Notes under the pieces: model-generated | What the model was told of the DNA's origin: nothing | Seen by the model: the letters and a program-made list of their open reading frames with translations, nothing else | Databases searched by the model: none | Program-made: the position numbers and the translations under genes | Assembly (NCBI RefSeq): GCF_009914755.1 | Contig: NC_060946.1 | Reading direction: 5' to 3' (one strand) | DNA: 64,000 bases | Source: the human T2T-CHM13v2.0 reference genome, Homo sapiens | Shown: positions 57,010 through 64,000 of the stretch, one piece after another | How positions within the stretch are numbered: position 1 is the stretch's first letter | Layout: each line of letters opens with the position of its first letter

Positions 57010-58534
57010 TTTTAACTGGTCTTCCTGCCTGTCCTTTCTCCTTCTAGTTCATCCTGGCCTGCATCTGTAATCAGGCCATTCACTGCTCCTACACTAAGAA
57101 GCCATACCTGACCATCCCCCATCGCAGTGCTCACTCCTTAGCCAAGTTGTCAGTATCTTCCAGGACAGCTCCTTAACCATCTTTATAGTGTGCCACTCCT
57201 TTTTATACACTCTCCAATATAGCCAAAAAGAATATTCTTCTGTGGCTTCTACTGAATCTCGCTTCTCTCAACACCAGCCCAGCCATCTCTTCATACAACA
57301 GAGAACAGCTGGGAAGTTCAAAAAGAGTTTACTAAAAGCTAGGAGATAAGCAAAGAGAAATGAGTACAGCATGAGCCAGCAGGTTTTTTTTTTTGTCCAG
57401 AGCTCATAGGCTAAGTTTTGTCCCACAAAACATGGTATCCTGGGAAAGCAATTTTTCCAGGTCTCTGTCTGCCTCCACATGGCATTAGCATCTTCAAGGA
57501 CCCCTCCCTTGGAAAGACTCTCATCTGGGGAACATCCTTAAGGTCCAAATAAAAAAAGACAGCCTGCTGCTCATTCTGCTCAGCTCACAGAGGACACCAG
57601 CCCTTCCCCAGCTCACTGATACCAGCATGACCACTTCTTTCAGGTAAAACTAACTCTCTGACCCAGTAGGCATAAGCACTCTCCTTGCTGGCCCTACTAG
57701 ATAAGCATATCCCAAAACAGCATGACCACAGCATTGATAGACACACACATATAGTTATAGTTGGGCAGGAAGGACAGTGTTCATTTCCTTAGAGGAATTT
57801 AGCAACTGTCTCTGTAAAGTACACCTTTCACATCTGTTCATGTAAAACCCACTGAAAGCTGCTAATCTCTTTATCATTATTTTATTAAGCTTTTAAAACT
57901 TCAGTGTATGTAAGTTAATTATTATTTAAGGCAATGTCCACATTTGTTAAAAATCAGATTTTATTGAGACAAATACTACATAAAATAAAAAGGTTTTTGA
58001 CCAAGGCTTAGGAATTATTTCGGTCAAACAGAGATCTCGGCTTTTTGTTGTTATTTTTGTTATGAACATTCCGTGAGAGAAAAGATAAGGGTGGTACCCT
58101 TTAATTTTTTACATAATCATTTGTTTAAGTCAAGCTGTGTCCCAACTCTATTTTTTTGGAAATAATACTTGACACAAAAATCATCTGTATGCCAGAACCA
58201 CATCGATCAACCTTTTTTTTTTTTAACATACATCATTTTTATGGTTAAAAAGAGTATCTCAAGATCTAGAAAATTGCCACTGTTCCCTAAGAAAATGTTA
58301 TTGATGGTAGGTTTATCTTTTTGCCCCAGTAACTTTTGTTCTCATCTTTGGACAGATAGGATTTGGGACTCTGCCAGAGAGTGGCTCTCACTCTGTCAGG
58401 TCAGGGCTTACCATTATCAGAAGCCACTGTGGTCATTTCCCCTCCTCCATCACATTTCTCTCAGCCAGCCTGAGTGAGTTGTTTTCCTATTTGATACTTT
58501 GAACTTATTAAATTCCTGGTAAAGTACAAAATTA

Positions 58535-58823
<289 letters not shown>

Positions 58824-59170
58824 TTAGAAGGACTTAACCTCTATCCTGTGACCTTTCTCCAACATCCCCTAGAATGGGAAGGATTTCAACTCTCTGCAGA
58901 CCGTTCTTTCTAAAAGAAACACCGAAGGTGCAGAAGTTTGGGCTGTAAAGAGGAGCTGTGTGCTTAGCTCACAGTTTTTGTAGTATTTGTCAGGATGTTA
59001 AACTGCATTTTTGCCTGTCCAGGACCAATTTGCAGCCAGCAAACATGAATAAATGAGCATGCAAATCAATATGCATGCTGCCTTTCTGGCGGGTTTTCTC
59101 CTTGGGAAGTATTTTCTCTTGTTTGAAAGAACTTGGAGATGATATTGTTTGTTTCTGTACTTTCCGCCAG

Positions 59171-59342
59171 GTCCAAGGTTGGCATCGGAAAGCCACCTCC
59201 TGTGGCTTCTTGTTAGTCCCAGTTTTGGAGGGGCCTTTTGCACTGCCCAGTTACCTGTATGGCGACCCCCTTCGTGCCCAGCTCTTCATCCCACTCAACA
59301 TCAGCTGCTTGCTCAAGGAGGGCAGCGAGCACCTGTTTGATA
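59171..59342 (+). CDS. DEPDC5: DEPDC5 coding exon (~40), 172 nt, [57 protein letters not shown](S)
   Basis: tttccgccag|GTC acceptor, ATA|gtaaga donor; phase 0 to 1. Confidence 0.96.
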
Positions 59343-61079
59343 GTAAGAAATATTCCCTTCTGGAGGTTGTCTCAACCAGTAAGACCCCGTCCCTAACAAG
59401 GACACCACTCTGGGTATCCAGTCAACACGGACTAGGGAAAAGGGACAGCCTTTCAACAAGGGGCCAAAAGGATCAAGGTTCTAAAGGATCCTGATTCTTG
59501 ACTTAGTGGCTGGATAACTCTGGACAAATCATTTCATGTCTCTGAGTCTCGAATTCCTTATTCCTAAAATGAGAGTGTCTAGAGCTGCCTGGAGCAAAGT
59601 GGTGGGTGGGAGAGGGCGCTAAACTCTATAAATCACAGGCAGCACTGGTGTTCTCCCACGCTCTCCTTTCATATGCTCCAGCCTAACTGGTTTGGGCTGC
59701 AGGGATTTAAACCTCACGGGAGACTTGCATATGCTATTTCGTGCAAAAAGGCCAGGAAAGGGAGGGCATGAAAAGCAAAACAGGAAACAGCATCCTTTTG
59801 TGCAAAGCTGTGGCATGTCAGCCTCTGGAATGGTGCGTGTGACTCGAGTCATGCATCTCAGGGAAGACAAAGCAGGATCAGAGGATGATAGCAGGAACCA
59901 AATCAGAGCCTTTCCCTCTGGGAAAGGTTTTCAATCAGAAAGAGAGTACCCAGGGTCAGCCTGGACCTGCTGCTCTACCCCAGAGCCCAGAACCCAGAGG
60001 GCAGGTTTAGGACAGATCAAAGACGAGCTGAGCTGTACTTGACACAGCATATAGCTTTTTATTACCAAGTGCTCGTTGTGGATGCACATATAAATAGCTC
60101 CTACAAAGCTTTTGATGAGTTCACAGATGATCTTTTTTAAAACGCAAAGCTAGGGTTGATGCTGATACGTCAGGAGCCCTGAGGTTTCTCAGGTATAAAG
60201 ATTAGAACTGTGAAGGAAACAACATTTGACGTAAGAGAGATGCTTTCTTCTTGTCCCCTTGTAAGTCTGTGTCGTGATCAGCGGCAGAGAACCAGCCCAA
60301 AAGATAAGGAGATCTCCCCAGGTGGATTAGGCCAAGCAAAGTATTCCTGCAATTTCCATGTGACAGGCTGCCCTCATGGTGCAAACAGCTTTTCTTCCAA
60401 AAGCCCATCCGTGTATTTTTTGTTTGCAGTTTGGAAGATTTTTTTTATAGACACAATGTTCTAAGTGATAATCGGGGTCCCAAGCAAGCCCCACAGAGGC
60501 CCTACCTGCTGGGGGCTATAGACTGTGGGACACACAGAGCTTACAAAGCCCCCTTGAAACACACATGTTCTTGTTTAACCTCACAGTGATGTGGCTGAGA
60601 GAGGACCATTTATGCAGTCCTGAAATGCCAGATGATTGTGTTCATATGGGGCAGTTTTAAGCCAAGCAGCTCCTGGTACTATTGTTTTTATTATGTTGAA
60701 GGAACAGAGAGATCTTCCCCCGAAACTGTCCAAAGACTCTTTGGGGGTTTTTCACCTTTGCTATAACAGCACAGGATTGCCCACAGGGCTGGCGTTGGAG
60801 GACATTTTTGTGCAAGTTGTTTTTCCCTGCCAGTTGTAACTCAGTCTTCAAGACCAGCAGCCTCTGTTGGTTGCCATGGTTACAGCTGCAGAAAGGGTCC
60901 CAGTTTAAAGCAATAAGGATTTGAATCTAAAAATCAATTTTCTTGCTTCTGTGCCTCTTCTCTTTTTGTTCTTGCCATTTCCTATAGCAGCAAATTCAAA
61001 ATCTTAAAAATCTGACAAGAGTGTGCTGTGTGTGTGGATTTTCTCTGTTTAAAGCCAAAGTCTTTTTTGCTTTTTGCCC

Positions 61080-63060
<1,981 letters not shown>

Positions 63061-63336
63061 ACTAACATGCATTTACAGTTTATCTTCTGTTTGTACTTTA
63101 ATATCATGCTCCTTTCAGCTTTGGGTATAAGAAGTCATTCGAATGAGCCTTATATTGAGTTCTGGTAGCTCACACTGACTGCTGAGGACTTCACCTTCCT
63201 AGACCCAGCTATAGCTTGCTTGGGGGAAGGGATGGTGTGAACACACAGCTGTCCTTTCTTTGACCCTTGGGATGGAGGCCAGTCTTTCTCAAAGGGCGTA
63301 GTATGGAGAAGCAGAGGTTAGGCTCAAGGGGACTGA

Positions 63337-63501
<165 letters not shown>

Positions 63502-64000
63502 TAGCAAGTGTGAAGAGTGGGAAGGAAATCAGTGTTTATCTTGAATAGCAGTTACCAAAGTGAAACTCATTTTTTTAGCTCCTAGAGAAAGGGATGTATT
63601 CCACCAATGGCAAATTCACTGCTTATCTCCAACAGGACTCTTTACATTGGTTTTTGAGATAAGCGCTGCCTCCCTGTTTCCTGTAACTATTGTTTTTCAG
63701 ACCTCATTATTTTCTTCTTCCAGTTGAGTGGAGAACATAGAACTCTCTCCTTAGCCTCCAACAAGACCCTAGGCCAAGCTATTCAGGAAATAATATAAAA
63801 TGAAAAATTAAAAAATGTGTCAAGAGCCCAACACAGGTTGAAAAGACAATGAATGGTTAAAAAGCAATAGATGAGTCAGTAGATATTTCTTGGCACCTAA
63901 TATGTGTGCCAGGGAAAGCCTGTCCTAGACTTCACTGTCTCCCACTAGACTAGTCCAGCCGACTGTGTTGTCTCCAAACATCACCAGCCTGGTATCTGAT

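Noticed and set aside
58356-58473. Cryptic exon gacag|...TGA|gtgagt before exon ~40
   Set aside because: Moderate sites only and no distinguishing features; such pseudo-exons are common.

Overview
Human (primate) genomic DNA from inside the DEPDC5 gene (GATOR1 subunit, negative regulator of mTORC1; chr22q12), on the + strand. I reconstructed 15 coding exons with canonical AG/GT boundaries whose phases chain into one open frame of 2082 nt, from ...[18 protein letters not shown]... to ...[10 protein letters not shown]. By recalled numbering these are about exons 27-41 and residues ~785-1479, covering the SHEN domain, a low-complexity linker, the DEP domain and the start of the C-terminal domain. 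The introns are very repeat-rich: about 60-70 Alu copies or fragments by eye, a near full-length THE1 (MaLR) element, a MER51-type solo LTR, MER2/MER20/MER58 DNA transposons, and L1/L2/MIR remnants. Almost all ORFs in the supplied track are repeat-derived or exon read-through. There is no prokaryote-style system, CRISPR array, rRNA or tRNA. The most interesting signals concern splicing. (i) An in-frame 24-nt microexon candidate (MGYSAQEG) lies just upstream of a 249-nt AG-free zone that precedes the 66-nt cassette exon, a layout that could make the two exons mutually exclusive or co-regulated. (ii) A 15-nt poison-microexon candidate with a consensus branch point and donor lies in the long intron before exon ~39. 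There is also a cleanly readable Alu>THE1>Alu nest. Repeat subfamily calls and exon/residue numbers come from recognition, not from a database search.
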